DNA of 64,000 nucleotides from Azolla caroliniana (lineage: Eukaryota; Plantae; Polypodiophyta). The stretch spans positions 21,700,001-21,764,000 of the forward strand of contig JBHGNT010000006.1 in NCBI GenBank assembly GCA_043228905.1, written 5' to 3'. Position 1 is the stretch's first letter. Each line of letters starts with the position of its first letter. Below are positions 12,311 to 24,450 of the stretch, one piece after another. The notes below the pieces were generated by a model that worked only from the letters and a program-made list of their open reading frames with translations, was not told the DNA's origin and made no database searches. Made by a program: the position numbers and the translations under genes.

Positions 12311-12767
12311 AGGAAGAGACATATTCGTAAATATGTTTCTGAGAGCCGATCGAGGCTATATTTGTAAATAGCCGAAAAGTCATATTAGTATAAATATGAC
12401 TTAGGGCAAACTTTTAGTAGTTGTTGTCATTTTCTGTTTTGCACGAGATTAGCGTGCGTAACTGTACAAAGAGAGAGAGAGAGAGAGAGAGAAAGAGGTC
12501 GTTGCCTCTGTTGTAACCGCCGCCTACGGCGAAGATTTGTGAGCACGAGGTCGATGCCTCAGTGAACTCACTGTTGTATATTCCCACATAGTGACAGTTT
12601 GCAGCCTGTGGGCTGCCGTGGTTTTTCCCCTAGTTTGGGGTTTTCCACGTAAACCTCCTGTGTATTCTTTCCTTCTTCTTGTCGTGTTTTATTTCCCGTT
12701 TTTTGTGTATCATTCTAAGCTCGGTTGTGGCCGAGCGTCGCGCATAAGGAACGTTGGGTTCCCGTCA

Positions 12768-13059
12768 GGTTCTCACCGGGTCTGCACCATCCGGCTCTCC
12801 GTAGCCGGGTTCTCCTCATCCGGTTCTCACCGGGTCTACACCATCCGGCTCCACCTCATCCGGTTCTCACCGGGTCTGCACCATCCGGCTCTCCGTAGCC
12901 AGGTTCTCCTCATCCGGTTCTCACCGGGTCGGCACCATCTGTCTCTCCGTAGCCAGGTACTCGTCATCCGGTTTCGGCCTCGGCCTATCGGCCTCGATCG
13001 AGTTTGCTCATCAGCACTGTTCTTCTCCCTTCCCATCCGGAGGGACCTATCTCCCAACA
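12768..13059 (-). mobile_element. Partial LTR D' of the D family in opposite orientation
   Basis: The reverse complement begins TGTTGGGAGATAGGTCCCTCCGG at 13059 and carries the same 54-bp repeat units. Confidence 0.88.
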
Positions 13060-13974
13060 AAACCTTCGGCACCCGTCTGCACCGATCGATTCATCCTTGG
13101 TGTCCTCCAGACACCCCTTGATAGGGATGTCATCCAGGAAAGGCATGGTGATGTCCGGAATGCAGTCCCTCCGAACTATGTTCATAGCATTCACCATGTG
13201 TGCAACCGAGTTGGTTCCTCCTTGTGGTAAGGTGCACATCCGAACTAGACCCAGAGGGGTTCGCATCGTCGTGATGTCCCTGCTTTCCACGGCCAACTGG
13301 AATTGGTCGTATCTTGAGTAAAGGTCTCCGACCGAGTATATGGATCTTCCAGCGAAGGCTTCCGCGAACTCATCGATCGACGGTCCAACTCCTGTATTGC
13401 GGATGGTCACTTTGTTGACCGGTTGTAAGTCCTGGATGAACTGCAGCGTACCGTTCTTCTATGGTACCGTAAACCACCGGTTAGAATAGGGGGCACTCGA
13501 CGGTTCGAGAATGCCTAGCTCTACTTTCTGTTTAAGGAGCTCCATCAGCATCGGCATGTGAGCTCTCGGTACTTGGATTGGCTTGAGGCTCCATAGTATG
13601 TGCGGCACCGTAAAGATTACCATTGGCTCGACGATGGTCGAGTCTACGCACCCAATCTCTCCTGGTGAGAATGTGAAGGCCTTCCCGTGCCTTTTGAGCA
13701 TCCTTCTGAACCGATCCTCCTCCGCCGGCAGTAGGAAGCCACCCCCACCGATCTTCAGCTCTCGTAGCGTTTTGTCGGTGAAACGGTGCCCTATGCCGGT
13801 CGGATCCTGCAAGCTGGGGTCGGTAGCGACCCCCTTTATTCGTTCCCAGCTGCCCTCCGACAAGGGACCCACGACGGGCTTCACCTTCTGGTCCACAGTC
13901 TTGTATTTCGCATCTACTTGGGCGATCCGATGCACTCGGGTTCCTCTTTCGAAGTCCGCAATGACTTCATACAT
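13060..13974 (-). pseudogene. Gypsy reverse transcriptase of element C
   Basis: KYKTVDQKVKPV, LEPSSAPYSNRWFTVP, DLYSRYDQFQL, LPQGGTNS, PFLDDIPIKG. Confidence 0.9.
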
Positions 13975-15336
13975 GTCAATCGAGTTGACCGGTATGACTC
14001 GTCTTCGCTTAGACCTCCTTCGACTACCTTCCCGATTTCACCCAGGGTTTCATCGAACGAGACCGCCTCCACGGCTTCCCCAATTCCTTCGTCGCGGCTC
14101 AAGGCTCCGCACGCCTTTAAGCGTATCTCAACCCGTTCTCATTCTCGGCCACTGATGCTGACTATGGTACATCCTCCATTGTCGGAGAACAAAACTTTCC
14201 TACCTATTTTACAGGTGTGGGGAGCTTTCCGGTTATCCGGACTATCACGGCCCCATGCCTTGATAGACCTCTTTAAAAATCCGGCTTGTTATCAGTTCCG
14301 AGGGTGTCCCAATTTCGTTCGTGGTTCTTCCGAACGATCAAAAATTGAACGGAATGACGGCCATCCTGACTTTGTACCCTCGCGTAGGCTGAACCATTGT
14401 CCACCACTTTCGTTTCCATTCTAGCCGCCGTGATGTATGGTTCCCCAAGGATGACCAGGTGAGAGGACGTCTCTTGCACGAAAAAGTGTTGGTTTATGTC
14501 GACGGCCCCAACGCTCACCCTGATGTTCGGGCAAGCCCCGTGTAGCTCTTTGTTGAGCAGCAAGCTCAACTAGAGCCGGATCAGCTGAATAAGCCTAAGC
14601 CAGCAAGCGAGACGGATTGGTAAGCCGTGAGCAACCGAGCCGGCAAGCAACAGAGCCGGTGAGTTGGGGAGCCGGTTAGCCAGATCCAATCGGCAACCGA
14701 AAGCCTAGTATTAATTTAGACTACTAGGTTGTTATAGTCTCGTAATAAGTGTTAGATGCTCGTGTCAGCATTGAAGTACATGGTACTTCTGTCAGTCCCA
14801 TGAGGACTTGTATAAATAGTGCTACTGAGCACAGTTGTATGAACAGAGTGAATATATTGTTTTGAATATAGCTTTTACGTTTTGCTCTCTCTGTCTCTCC
14901 CATGTACTCTGTGTATTCTCTACTTTCTCTATTTTGTAACGCTTCCACAAGTAATCGTTTACATGGTATCAGAGCGCGAGGGTTGAGAACCTCTGTAGCC
15001 GACAAACTCTTGAAAGCAAACCCTAACAGGTCGTAAGAACAGCAGACAGAGAAGTGATGGATAGAGGGATGACTAGCTCGTTCCCTGTGGAGAAACTCGA
15101 CAAACCCAACTACGCATCTTGGTCGTACAAGATGCACTAGTACCTGTTGGGCATGTCTACTGGAGTTTCGTCGAAGGAGCCAACAAAACAGCACCTGATG
15201 CGGCACATAATGATTTCCCAGTGTGGGAACAATCGGCAAGCACAATGATGTACTGCTTCGCGTCCAGTGTCGGAGACCAGCTGTTGAGCCACATCCGAGA
15301 CACCAAGACGCCGAAAGAGGCTTGGGGAAACCTGAA

Positions 15337-15429
15337 GAAGGTTTTCACTGCAAGTACCACAGCCCCGGAAGCTGCAACTCCGAGAAGGTTTTCACTGCAA
15401 GTACCACAACCCGGAAGCTGCAACTCCGA
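15337..15429 (+). repeat. 46/47-bp tandem duplication in gag of E
   Basis: GAAGGTTTTCACTGCAAGTACCACA...CCGGAAGCTGCAACTCCGA occurs twice (15337 and 15384) and frameshifts gag. Confidence 0.9.
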
Positions 15430-15619
15430 CAGGAGTTGAGCAATGTCCGATAGAAGGACATGTCGGTGGCGGATTACATGGCCCGGATCAAAGAGATCTG
15501 TCACTCGCTTGCCTCCATAAACGTTACCGTAGAGGAAGACGAGATGGTACAGGTCTGTCTTGGGGGCTTGGCGTCTAAGTTCAGAGCGTTCCGAACGGCG
15601 GTATGTACAAGGGAGAATA

Positions 15620-18600
15620 TATTAGAAATATTGAGAATCGAGTAGATAGGTATATAGAGTTACAACTGCAGAGATGGATATATGAAAACAGAATTTCTAT
15701 TACATATGAGAGTAGTTCAAAATGGTAGTTTTCCCATGCGCTCACACCTTAGAGCTTAGATAGGATATGGACCGGCTCACTACAAAATTAGTGGGGACTG
15801 ATGATCAATCTGACCACTGTGTGAGAAAAGTGACTTATAATCTATGTTTGGTCTTAGTATAAATGTGCAAGTCAGTTGACAGTAGTGGAGATATTCCTTT
15901 TCTGTCAACTGACTTGTCATTTAATATGACCCAACTCCCTAGGTACAGGCTAGTGCTAGATAATACTTATCTTGAAGTCAATGACGCATACTTCAAGACT
16001 AAGTACATCGTAACTTGCCCACAAAATATTCTAGCTGACTTGATTAGCCAATCCTTTTATCTATTTCTCTTTTTCCTAAATATATTGTGTCCTACGCATC
16101 TACGGTTTCCTAGATTAACACCTTATCGACCCATATGGTCGAGTTGCACACTAGCCGCTCCTCATTTGGGGCGCTATCACAAAATGTGCACTCTAAGAGC
16201 ACATATGGGGATAGATTTACAACTTGGGGCTGATCATTGATTATATCTAACACGCCCCCTCAATGATCAACCCATTGAGTTCACTTGGAATTGGGCCAAC
16301 ACCTAGTCGTCGAAGGTGTTGTTGCAACTGTTCTGCTCCAAGCGCCTTTGTGAAGATATCTGCAGCATTTTCTAATGTTGGACAGTACTCAAGCTCCACA
16401 ATCTCATCATTTATTAGCTCCCGCACATAGTGATACTGAATCTCTATGTGTTTAGTACGTGCATGAAATACGGGGTTCTTGGCAATGGCCATGCAACTCT
16501 GATTGTCACACCTCAATACCGTTGCCGTCCTTATTGGGACTGCCACATCCATAAGGATTCTTCTTAGCCAAACTACCTCGCATGCCGCTATGCATGCTGC
16601 TTTGTATTCTGCCTCCGTTGAAGATAGTGCCACTGTTGGTTGTTTTTTACTACTCCATGAAACAGCTCCAGATCCTATTGAAAAACAATATCCAGAAACT
16701 GATTTTCTGGAATCACTATCTCCAGCCCAATCGGAGTCGCAATATCCACTAAGTTGGTCAATTGTTGGCTTGTAGAAGATTCCATAATTTAAAGTACCCA
16801 CAATGTACTTTAATACACGTAGAGCAGCTTTCCAATGAGTCTCCTTCGGCTTGTTGCTGAATCGACTCACCACATTGACTGCAAAGCAAATATCCGGCCT
16901 AGTGTTGCATAGGAAAATTAGACTTCCTACTAGTTGTCTATACTTCCTTATGTCAACCATTGGTGATGAGTCTTCTTGGGATAGCTTGCAGTTTGACTCC
17001 ATTGGAGTCGACTTCGACTTGCTGTCCATCATCCCGAAGGTCTTCAAGATCTCTGTTGCATACTTTCTTTGTGACATGAAGATGCCGACCGAGGTTTGCC
17101 AAACCTCAATTCCAAGGAAGTAGTGTAGAATCCCCAAGTCTGTCATTTCAAACTCAGTTTTCAAACACTCTTGTGTTTGGCCAATGCACTCTTCATGGTC
17201 ACCAGTAAGTACTAGATCATCCACGTAAATGATAATGATGACTTGTTTCCCGTCCTTCATTTTGACATACATACTTGCATCCGAAGCACATTGCTTAAAG
17301 TCGATTGATCGTAAGAAGCTGTCTATCCTCTTGTTCCAAGCTCTTGGTGCTTGCTTTAGACCATATAGTGCCTTCTTCAGCTTGCAAACTTTGTTTTCTG
17401 AATTCGGTATCTCAAACCCCGGTGGTTGTGTCACATATACCTCCTCCTTGAGATGCCCATTCAGAAATGCTGATTTGACATCCATTTGATAAATCGGCCA
17501 TCCTCTTGAAGCAGCCAACGCTATGACCATTCGAATTGTTGTCATGCGAGCTGTCGGGGCAAATGTTTCTTGTACATCGAACCCTTCAATTTGGGAGTAT
17601 CCTTGCGCTACTAGCCTGGCCTTGAATTTCTCCAAAGAGCCATCAGCTTTATACTTTACTTTCCATACCCACTTCGTGCCTATCACCTTCTTCTTTGTTG
17701 GCCTCTCTACCAACTCCCATGTGTCATTTTTCATGATGCTATCATATTCTGATATCATCGCCTCTTTCCACTTCGGGTCGGCCATAGCTTCCTCCACCGA
17801 GGTCGGCTCACTCACTGAGCCTATGATGTCCACCATCAGAGCCATGTTGACAATGTGGTCAGAGGTTCTTCCTTGCTCCTGTATTCTTCTTGATCTTCGT
17901 AATCCATCAGTTGAAGTTTCAGGAAACTCAACTTTAGGAGTATGATCATTGAAGAGTTGTTGAGCCCACTTAGGTATTTTCTTTACATGTGGGACTGGCA
18001 TAGGCTGAACTAGTGAACCATTACCATCAGATGGTTCAGCTTCCTTTTTTGGATAATGGGTCGGGATTGGGTGAAATACTTCTTCAGTTGATGAGATAAC
18101 TTGAGAATTGTTGTTCTCAGCTAGCTGTGGTTGTTCCTCATCGAACACCACATCGCGGCTTGTCAATATCTTTCTTGCCTCTGGATCGTAGAGTCGATAG
18201 GCCTTTGACTCTTCACTATATCCGAGAAAGATACACTTTTTGCTTTTAGCATCCAACTTCTTTCTGCTCACATCTGGAATATGTGCGTAGCACATACACC
18301 CAAAGGTTCTGAAGTGCAGCACTGAAGGTTTCTTGCCTGAATAAGCTTCTTGGGGTGTTTTCCCTTGAAGTGCCTTCGTGTAGCTCCGATTGAGGATGTA
18401 AACTGCTGTGTTCACTGCTTCAGCCCAGAATGGGTCGGGCAGCGCTTGTGCCTTCAACATACACCTAGCCATCTCGACAACTGTTCGATTTCGACGTTCG
18501 ACAACGCCATTTTGTTGTGGGGTGTAGGCAGTTGTAAGTTGGCGCTTAATTCCATGCTCTTTGCAATACTCACAGAATTCTATTGATAAGAATTCTCCAC

Positions 18601-21061
18601 CTTGATCAGAGCGTAGCTCCTTCACTAACTTTCCAGACTCTCGCTCGACAAACTTATGCCATCTTTTGAAGATTTTAAAAGCTTCAGCCTTCTCCCGAAG
18701 GAAGTAAACCCACATCTTTCTGCTGAAGTCGTCGACTATTAGCATATAGTAGAGAGATCCACCCATTGCAGGAGTCACCATTTTTCCAGAGAGGTCAATG
18801 TGTATTAGCTGTAGAGGAGTCTTTGCCCGATTTTGACTCTCTTTTGGAATGGCTGATCTTTGATGCTTGCCCATCATACAAGCATCACAAACATGACTTA
18901 AGTCAGATAGGGTTGGCAACCCAACTACCATATTCGACTTCTTCATCTCCTTCAACACAGCAACGTTGAGATGCCCAAATCTCTCATGCCATTGCTTTGT
19001 GTTGGTACTTGTGCTGTGGTCAGTAGAAATGGTAAACGCGCTCAGCTCATAGAGATTGTTGCGCCTCACCCCTATTCCTACAACCTTGCCAGCAGAATCT
19101 GTTATTTCTGCACCCGACTTCTTGAATCGAACATCAAGACCCTTGTCAGTCAGTGCAGAAATGGACAGTAGATTCTTCTTCAGATCTGGCACGTACAACA
19201 CTTGAGAGAGATGCTTTGTCCCACCGGTCGTTGCTTTGAGAGAGACGGTTCCGGTTCCTTTGGCCGGACATCGAGCATTGTTCCCGACCACAACATTGAT
19301 GGGCTCTTGTAGAGGTGTCCAAGAACTGTACCAGTCACGATTACTGGTCATATGTCGGGATGCTCCACTATCGAGAATCCAAGACTCATCAACAACTTGA
19401 GTGTCAACTGAAGAACACACTTCTTCAGTTGCGACCCATAACTCAAGTTCATCTACGACATTGTTAGCGGACTCGGGCTCTCTCCAAGAAGTCTTATTAG
19501 AACCATTCTTCTCATCCGCCATCTTCTTTCGACAATCCTTGATTGTGTGACCCTTCTTGTCACAGTAGAAACACGATCCATTGAACTTCTTCTTCTTCGG
19601 TATCCTATTCGCATTGTTTGAATTGGATGCCCCTTCACCCTTAGTCCTAGAGACAAATGCTGAATCTTCCCTTTCTTCTCTTGTCTTCAGCCGAAGCTCC
19701 TCTTCAAGCAGCATTGCACTTAGTTCATCAAATTTTAAAGGAGTGGGTCGAACCTGAGTGTTCAATGCTGTCACAATGCCATCATACTTGAAAGGAAGTA
19801 CTCGAATGCACCGACGAGCCATATCCTCTTGAGAGACGACTACTCCAACAGCCGCCAGCTGATCTTGAAGATCCTTAATCCTTTTTACAAAGGATTCTAC
19901 TTTCTCTCCATCAGCGAGCTTCTCTGCAGCAAGCTGATTTTCGAGGTTTTGTATCCTTGTATAGTTTCTGGTCTCATACTGGTTGGCCAATATGCTCCAA
20001 GCTTCATGTGCCCTAGTTGTATGTTGCACTAGTGTTAGTACGGAGTCACATACACCAGTGACTATGGTACATAGCGCATCAGCATTCCTTCTCTTCCAGG
20101 CTCGAAGTAGATCAGCATTTGGAGGAATTGATGTGGTAGGGTGTGCAGGGTCAAAGGTTGCCATGGGCTCAGGGTCTCCCCCTGTGGGTCCCATGATTGT
20201 TTCCAACAACTCGTAGGAATCCAAAATGGCAGACATTTTGAACTTCCATAGAGTGTAGTTGGTTCCATCTAGCTTTCCATCAGACAATGGAGGTGGGCGA
20301 ATGCGCAATGGAGCAGCTGCAACATTCGTGGACAAGGCCATTGATACTCTGTCTCTATTTCTCTCTGTTGCTAGACAGCAACTACCCGTATATACCTAAT
20401 CTAGATCAACCTCTTCGCTCTGATACCATATTAGAAATATTGAGAATCGAGTAGATAGGTATATAGAGTTACAACTGCAGAGATGGATATATGAAAACAG
20501 AATTTCTATTACATATGAGAGTAGTTCAAAATGGTAGTTTTCCCATGCGCTCACACCTTAGAGCTTAGATAGGATATGGACCGGCTCACTACAAAATTAG
20601 TGGGGACTGATGATCAATCTGACCACTATGTGAGAAAAGTGACTTATAATCTATGTTTGGTCTTAGTATAAATGTGCAAGTCAGTTGACAGTAGTGGAGA
20701 TATTCCTTTTCTGTCAACTGACTTGTCATTTAATATGACCCAACTCCCTAGGTACAGGCTAGTGCTAGATAATACTTATCTTGAAGTCAATGACGCATAC
20801 TTCAAGACTAAGTACATCGTAACTTGCCCACAAAATATTCTAGCTGACTTGATTAGCCAATCCTTTTATCTATTTCTCTTTTTCCTAAATATATTGTGTC
20901 CTACGCATCTACGGTTTCCTAGATTAACACCTTATCGACCCATATGGTCGAGTTGCACACTAGCCGCTCCTCATTTGGGGCGCTATCACAAAATGTGCAC
21001 TCTAAGAGCACATATGGGGATAGATTTACAACTTGGGGCTGATCATTGATTATATCTAACA
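15620..21061 (-). mobile_element. Intact, very young Ty1/Copia element F (Ale/Retrofit-like, 5.44 kb) with TG...TA LTRs
   Basis: 633-bp LTRs at 15620-16252 and 20429-21061 with one substitution seen. Perfect TSD GAATA. PBS at 20417-20428, PPT at 16253-16262. One uninterrupted ORF. Confidence 0.97.
16247..20341 (-). CDS. Copia Gag-Pol polyprotein, 1364 aa, complete
   Basis: [40 protein letters not shown]...CDAC, HIDL...IVDDFSR...LRSDQGGEF...[38 protein letters not shown]...ADIFTK. The stop lies in the first bases of the 3' LTR. Confidence 0.97.
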   Translation of the reverse strand: MALSTNVAAAPLRIRPPPLSDGKLDGTNYTLWKFKMSAILDSYELLETIMGPTGGDPEPMATFDPAHPTTSIPPNADLLRAWKRRNADALCTIVTGVCDSVLTLVQHTTRAHEAWSILANQYETRNYTRIQNLENQLAAEKLADGEKVESFVKRIKDLQDQLAAVGVVVSQEDMARRCIRVLPFKYDGIVTALNTQVRPTPLKFDELSAMLLEEELRLKTREEREDSAFVSRTKGEGASNSNNANRIPKKKKFNGSCFYCDKKGHTIKDCRKKMADEKNGSNKTSWREPESANNVVDELELWVATEEVCSSVDTQVVDESWILDSGASRHMTSNRDWYSSWTPLQEPINVVVGNNARCPAKGTGTVSLKATTGGTKHLSQVLYVPDLKKNLLSISALTDKGLDVRFKKSGAEITDSAGKVVGIGVRRNNLYELSAFTISTDHSTSTNTKQWHERFGHLNVAVLKEMKKSNMVVGLPTLSDLSHVCDACMMGKHQRSAIPKESQNRAKTPLQLIHIDLSGKMVTPAMGGSLYYMLIVDDFSRKMWVYFLREKAEAFKIFKRWHKFVERESGKLVKELRSDQGGEFLSIEFCEYCKEHGIKRQLTTAYTPQQNGVVERRNRTVVEMARCMLKAQALPDPFWAEAVNTAVYILNRSYTKALQGKTPQEAYSGKKPSVLHFRTFGCMCYAHIPDVSRKKLDAKSKKCIFLGYSEESKAYRLYDPEARKILTSRDVVFDEEQPQLAENNNSQVISSTEEVFHPIPTHYPKKEAEPSDGNGSLVQPMPVPHVKKIPKWAQQLFNDHTPKVEFPETSTDGLRRSRRIQEQGRTSDHIVNMALMVDIIGSVSEPTSVEEAMADPKWKEAMISEYDSIMKNDTWELVERPTKKKVIGTKWVWKVKYKADGSLEKFKARLVAQGYSQIEGFDVQETFAPTARMTTIRMVIALAASRGWPIYQMDVKSAFLNGHLKEEVYVTQPPGFEIPNSENKVCKLKKALYGLKQAPRAWNKRIDSFLRSIDFKQCASDASMYVKMKDGKQVIIIIYVDDLVLTGDHEECIGQTQECLKTEFEMTDLGILHYFLGIEVWQTSVGIFMSQRKYATEILKTFGMMDSKSKSTPMESNCKLSQEDSSPMVDIRKYRQLVGSLIFLCNTRPDICFAVNVVSRFSNKPKETHWKAALRVLKYIVGTLNYGIFYKPTIDQLSGYCDSDWAGDSDSRKSVSGYCFSIGSGAVSWSSKKQPTVALSSTEAEYKAACIAACEVVWLRRILMDVAVPIRTATVLRCDNQSCMAIAKNPVFHARTKHIEIQYHYVRELINDEIVELEYCPTLENAADIFTKALGAEQLQQHLRRLGVGPIPSELNGLIIEGAC

Positions 21062-21349
21062 GAATACACCATCATTCTTTGACTTACAGTCGATGCTCCT
21101 TGTAGAGGAGAACCATGCCGGTGCGTCAACTAGCACACCCACTGATAGTCGGATGTTGTACACGGAGGCGGATCACTCCCGTGGGCGTGGTGGATGAGGC
21201 GGGTCGGCACGCAATGGAGGCGGCCGGCAAGAGCAAGAACGAAGGCACAGAGAATGTGCCGACAGCAATTCCAGGACTTCCACAAGCAGGGGGAGTCAAG
21301 GCGGTGCCGGAGGCCGGCAAGAGAAGACTGCAACGGAATGCTGGTATTG

Positions 21350-24300
21350 GGACAGAAGCTCGAGTCAGACATCGACCAGTGGCACAAGCGGATAGGCCAC
21401 GTCAATTACCGGAGGCTTCAAGACCTGCAAACGAAACAAGTTGTTTTCGGTTTGTCAAAGTTCAGTGGCCGGAAGGCCCAAGTATGTGAAGCCTGCCAAC
21501 TCGAGAAGCAACACCGGCTTCCATTCCCTACCGAACGTAACCAGAGCCGTAACAAGCTCGACCTTATCCATTCGGATGTGTGGGGACCGGCACAGAATGT
21601 CAGTCTTGGCGGGAGTCGATATTTCGTCTCCTTCATTGACGACTATACGCGGCACACATGGATCTACCTCATTGAGCGGAAGAGTGAGGTCTTCGAGTGT
21701 TTCCGAAGCCTCCAGAGGATGGTGGAACGGGAATCTGAGAGGAAGATCAAATGCATGCAGTCGGATGGCGGAAATGAGTACTTTTCCGGCCAATTCAACA
21801 GTTATCTACAGCAAAAGGGAATCCGACGAGAGTTCAGCTACATATACACACTGCAACAGAACGGTGTTGCCGAAAGGAAGAACCGATCGCTTATTGATGC
21901 GGCAAGGGCAATGCTAGAGGAGAAGAGCATGCCCAAATTCTACTGGGCGGAGGCAGTCCGAACGGTTGTCTACATCCAGAACCAGATCGGTGACAAGGTG
22001 TCAGCTCACGAGCTGTATTTCGGGCGCAAGCCGAATCTAAGACACCTTAGGATATTCGGTAGCATTGCATATGTGTATGTGCCGGATGAGAAGCGGAGGA
22101 AGCTGGATGCAAAATCAGAAAAATGCATCCTAGTCGACTATGCTCAAGAGCAAAAGGGTTATAAGTGTTATAACCCCCGGACAAAGTAGGTCTGAGTTAG
22201 TCGAGATGTCGAGTTCGATGAATCGGCATCGTGGTACTCCTTACCGACTCCGATTTCCGAATCTGACCCGATGCCGGAGGATCAAGCTAGTGAGCTTGAA
22301 CCGGCCCAGGTAGATGATGATGAAGCGTGGCCTCAGGATGAGAGTCCGGAATTTTTTGGTTGAGCAGGCTGAACGAAAGACTGAGTCAATCTGACCAATC
22401 CGATGAGGAACCAGCGAGTAGTGGAGACTCTGTCGTGCTCTCCCTGCGCAAGGAACCGAGGAGATGGTTCACGCGCAAAGAGAAAGGGAAGAAAAAGATG
22501 CAGGAATTCGAAACCGACAACGATGAGTCGGATCGGTATGCGTCCAAGTCCGGCAAGGAGAAAGGCAGATCTTCGGCAACGAAGACCGATCCGGCCAAGA
22601 AAGGCCTTAAATCGGGTAACGGTGAGTTGCGCCGGTCCACCCACCGGAAGGATCCCGTCAAACAGTACGGGTACAATGAGTACATGGCGCATCACTATGC
22701 GTACATGACTAAGGTGGCGGAAGTAAGTGAGCCAAAGAGCTACGCAGAAGCGGCAAAGGACGTAAATTGGCGTGCCGCTATGGACGAAGAAATGCGAGCA
22801 CTCGATGCCAACGAGACATGGGACCTGGTTGACCCTCCTCATCATTGTAAACCGATTGGATGCAAGTGGGTATACAAGGTAAAGTACAACGCCAATGGTT
22901 CTGTTAACCGGTATAAAGCCCGGTTAGTGGCGAAGGGATACGCGCAGACCCACGGAATCGACTACGACGAGACCTTCGCTCCTGTAGCGAAGATGACGAC
23001 GATTCGAGTGGTGCTGGCGGTTGTTGTGGCAAGGGGGTGGCATCTTCATCAGATGGATGTGAAGAATTCATTTCTTCAAGGTGATCTTGAAGAAGAAGTC
23101 TTTATGACTCAGCCTCCCGGTTTTCAATCGGAGATGAACAAGTCTGCGATATGCCGGCTGAAGAAGTCGTTGTACGGCCTGAAGCAAGCCCCTCGAGCTT
23201 GGAATGCAAAGATCACGCACCGGTTGCGTAAGATGGTTTTTGTGGCCTCCAAATCAGACTCTTCATTGTTCATCCTGCAAGGCTCAGACGGTCCGGTATG
23301 TATACTGTTGTATGTTGATGATCTAGTCATCACCGGACCGGGTCTTCCAGAAATCAACCGCGTCAAGTCCCAGTTGTCGGACGCATTTGAGATGAAGGAT
23401 CTGGGGGACCTTCATTATTTTCTAGGGATTGAGGTGATCTGAACCCCGAACGGCATATTACTCTCACAATGCCATTACATGCTCAATATGTTGTACAAGT
23501 TCGGCATGATGGAATGCCGACCTGTCTCCACACCCCTAGACCGAAACCAGAAGCTCTGTCCCAACGCCGAACCGGCCTGCAATGAGAAACGGTTTCGACA
23601 AATCGTCGGAAGCCTTGTATATTTGAGCATCACTCGACCCGACATCAGCTATCCGGTCGGAGTGATAAGCCAATTCATGCAGCAGCCGACCGTGGAGCAC
23701 CTTTAGTGTGCGCAAAGGATATTGCGGTATGGCAGCGGCACGAAGGACCGAGGCCTGTTATACCGGCGAGGTATAACCGAAGAGCTCATCGGTTATAGGG
23801 ATGCCGACTGGGGAAGCAATGTGTCGGATCGCAGATCCACTTCCGCTTTTATGTTTTCCCTTGGGAGCGCAACTGTTGCGTGGAGCAGCAAAAAGCAGCC
23901 AACAGTGGCTCTGTCAAGCACTGAGGCTGAGTACCAGGGCGCGACCGTTGCCACCTGCGAAGCCATTTGGCTTCGGCGACTACTACGAGACTTGCGGATC
24001 GAGGTACCGACCCCGATCCCGATTTATTGTGATAACATCAGCAGCATGCAGCTCGCCAAGAACCCTGTGTTCCATGCTCGCACGAAGCACATAGAAGTGC
24101 ATTATCACTTTGTGCGTGAGCGGGTCCTGAGCGGTGAAGTTGAACTACGGTATGTTCACACGGATCGGCAAGTTGCCGACATCTTCACCAAGCCGCTCGG
24201 ATCGGACAAGTTGCAGCACTTCACCGAAATGCTTGGTGTTCAGCATCTTGACGTGCCACACTTGAGGGGGAGAAGAAGGGGCAAAGACACTACCGAAATG

Positions 24301-24450
24301 GGCAAAGGCAAAGAAATTGTTGCCGGCATCGGTAAGGGAAGAACCGAAAGAGGGGGAGATGAGGAAAAAGAAGCCGAGTCGACGAAGAAAGTCGGCACAT
24401 CCGAACAAGTTGGAACAAGCGGCAGTGATGGCAAGGTCAAGGAGGACTGA
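21350..24450 (+). pseudogene. Integrase-RT-RNase H of element E with in-frame stops
   Basis: ORFs 21194-22189, 22360-23442, 23479-23706 and 23722-24450 carry HSDVWG, QMDVKNSFLQG, LYVDDLV, ADWGS and ADIFTK. Confidence 0.92.

Larger units (their letters stand above)
10231..12767 (+). mobile_element. 5'-truncated Copia element D (relative of B): RT-RNase H plus 3' LTR
   Basis: RT/RH in one frame from about 10231 to 12005 with a single TAG at 10656-10658. PPT GTGAAGGGGGAG at 12002-12013. LTR starts TGTTGGGAG at 12016 and probably ends ...TTCCCGTCA at 12767. Confidence 0.85.

Noticed and set aside
15863-16240. Identical 125-aa ORFs at 15863-16240 and 20672-21049
   Set aside because: They are antisense ORFs inside the two near-identical LTRs of F, with no recognisable domain.
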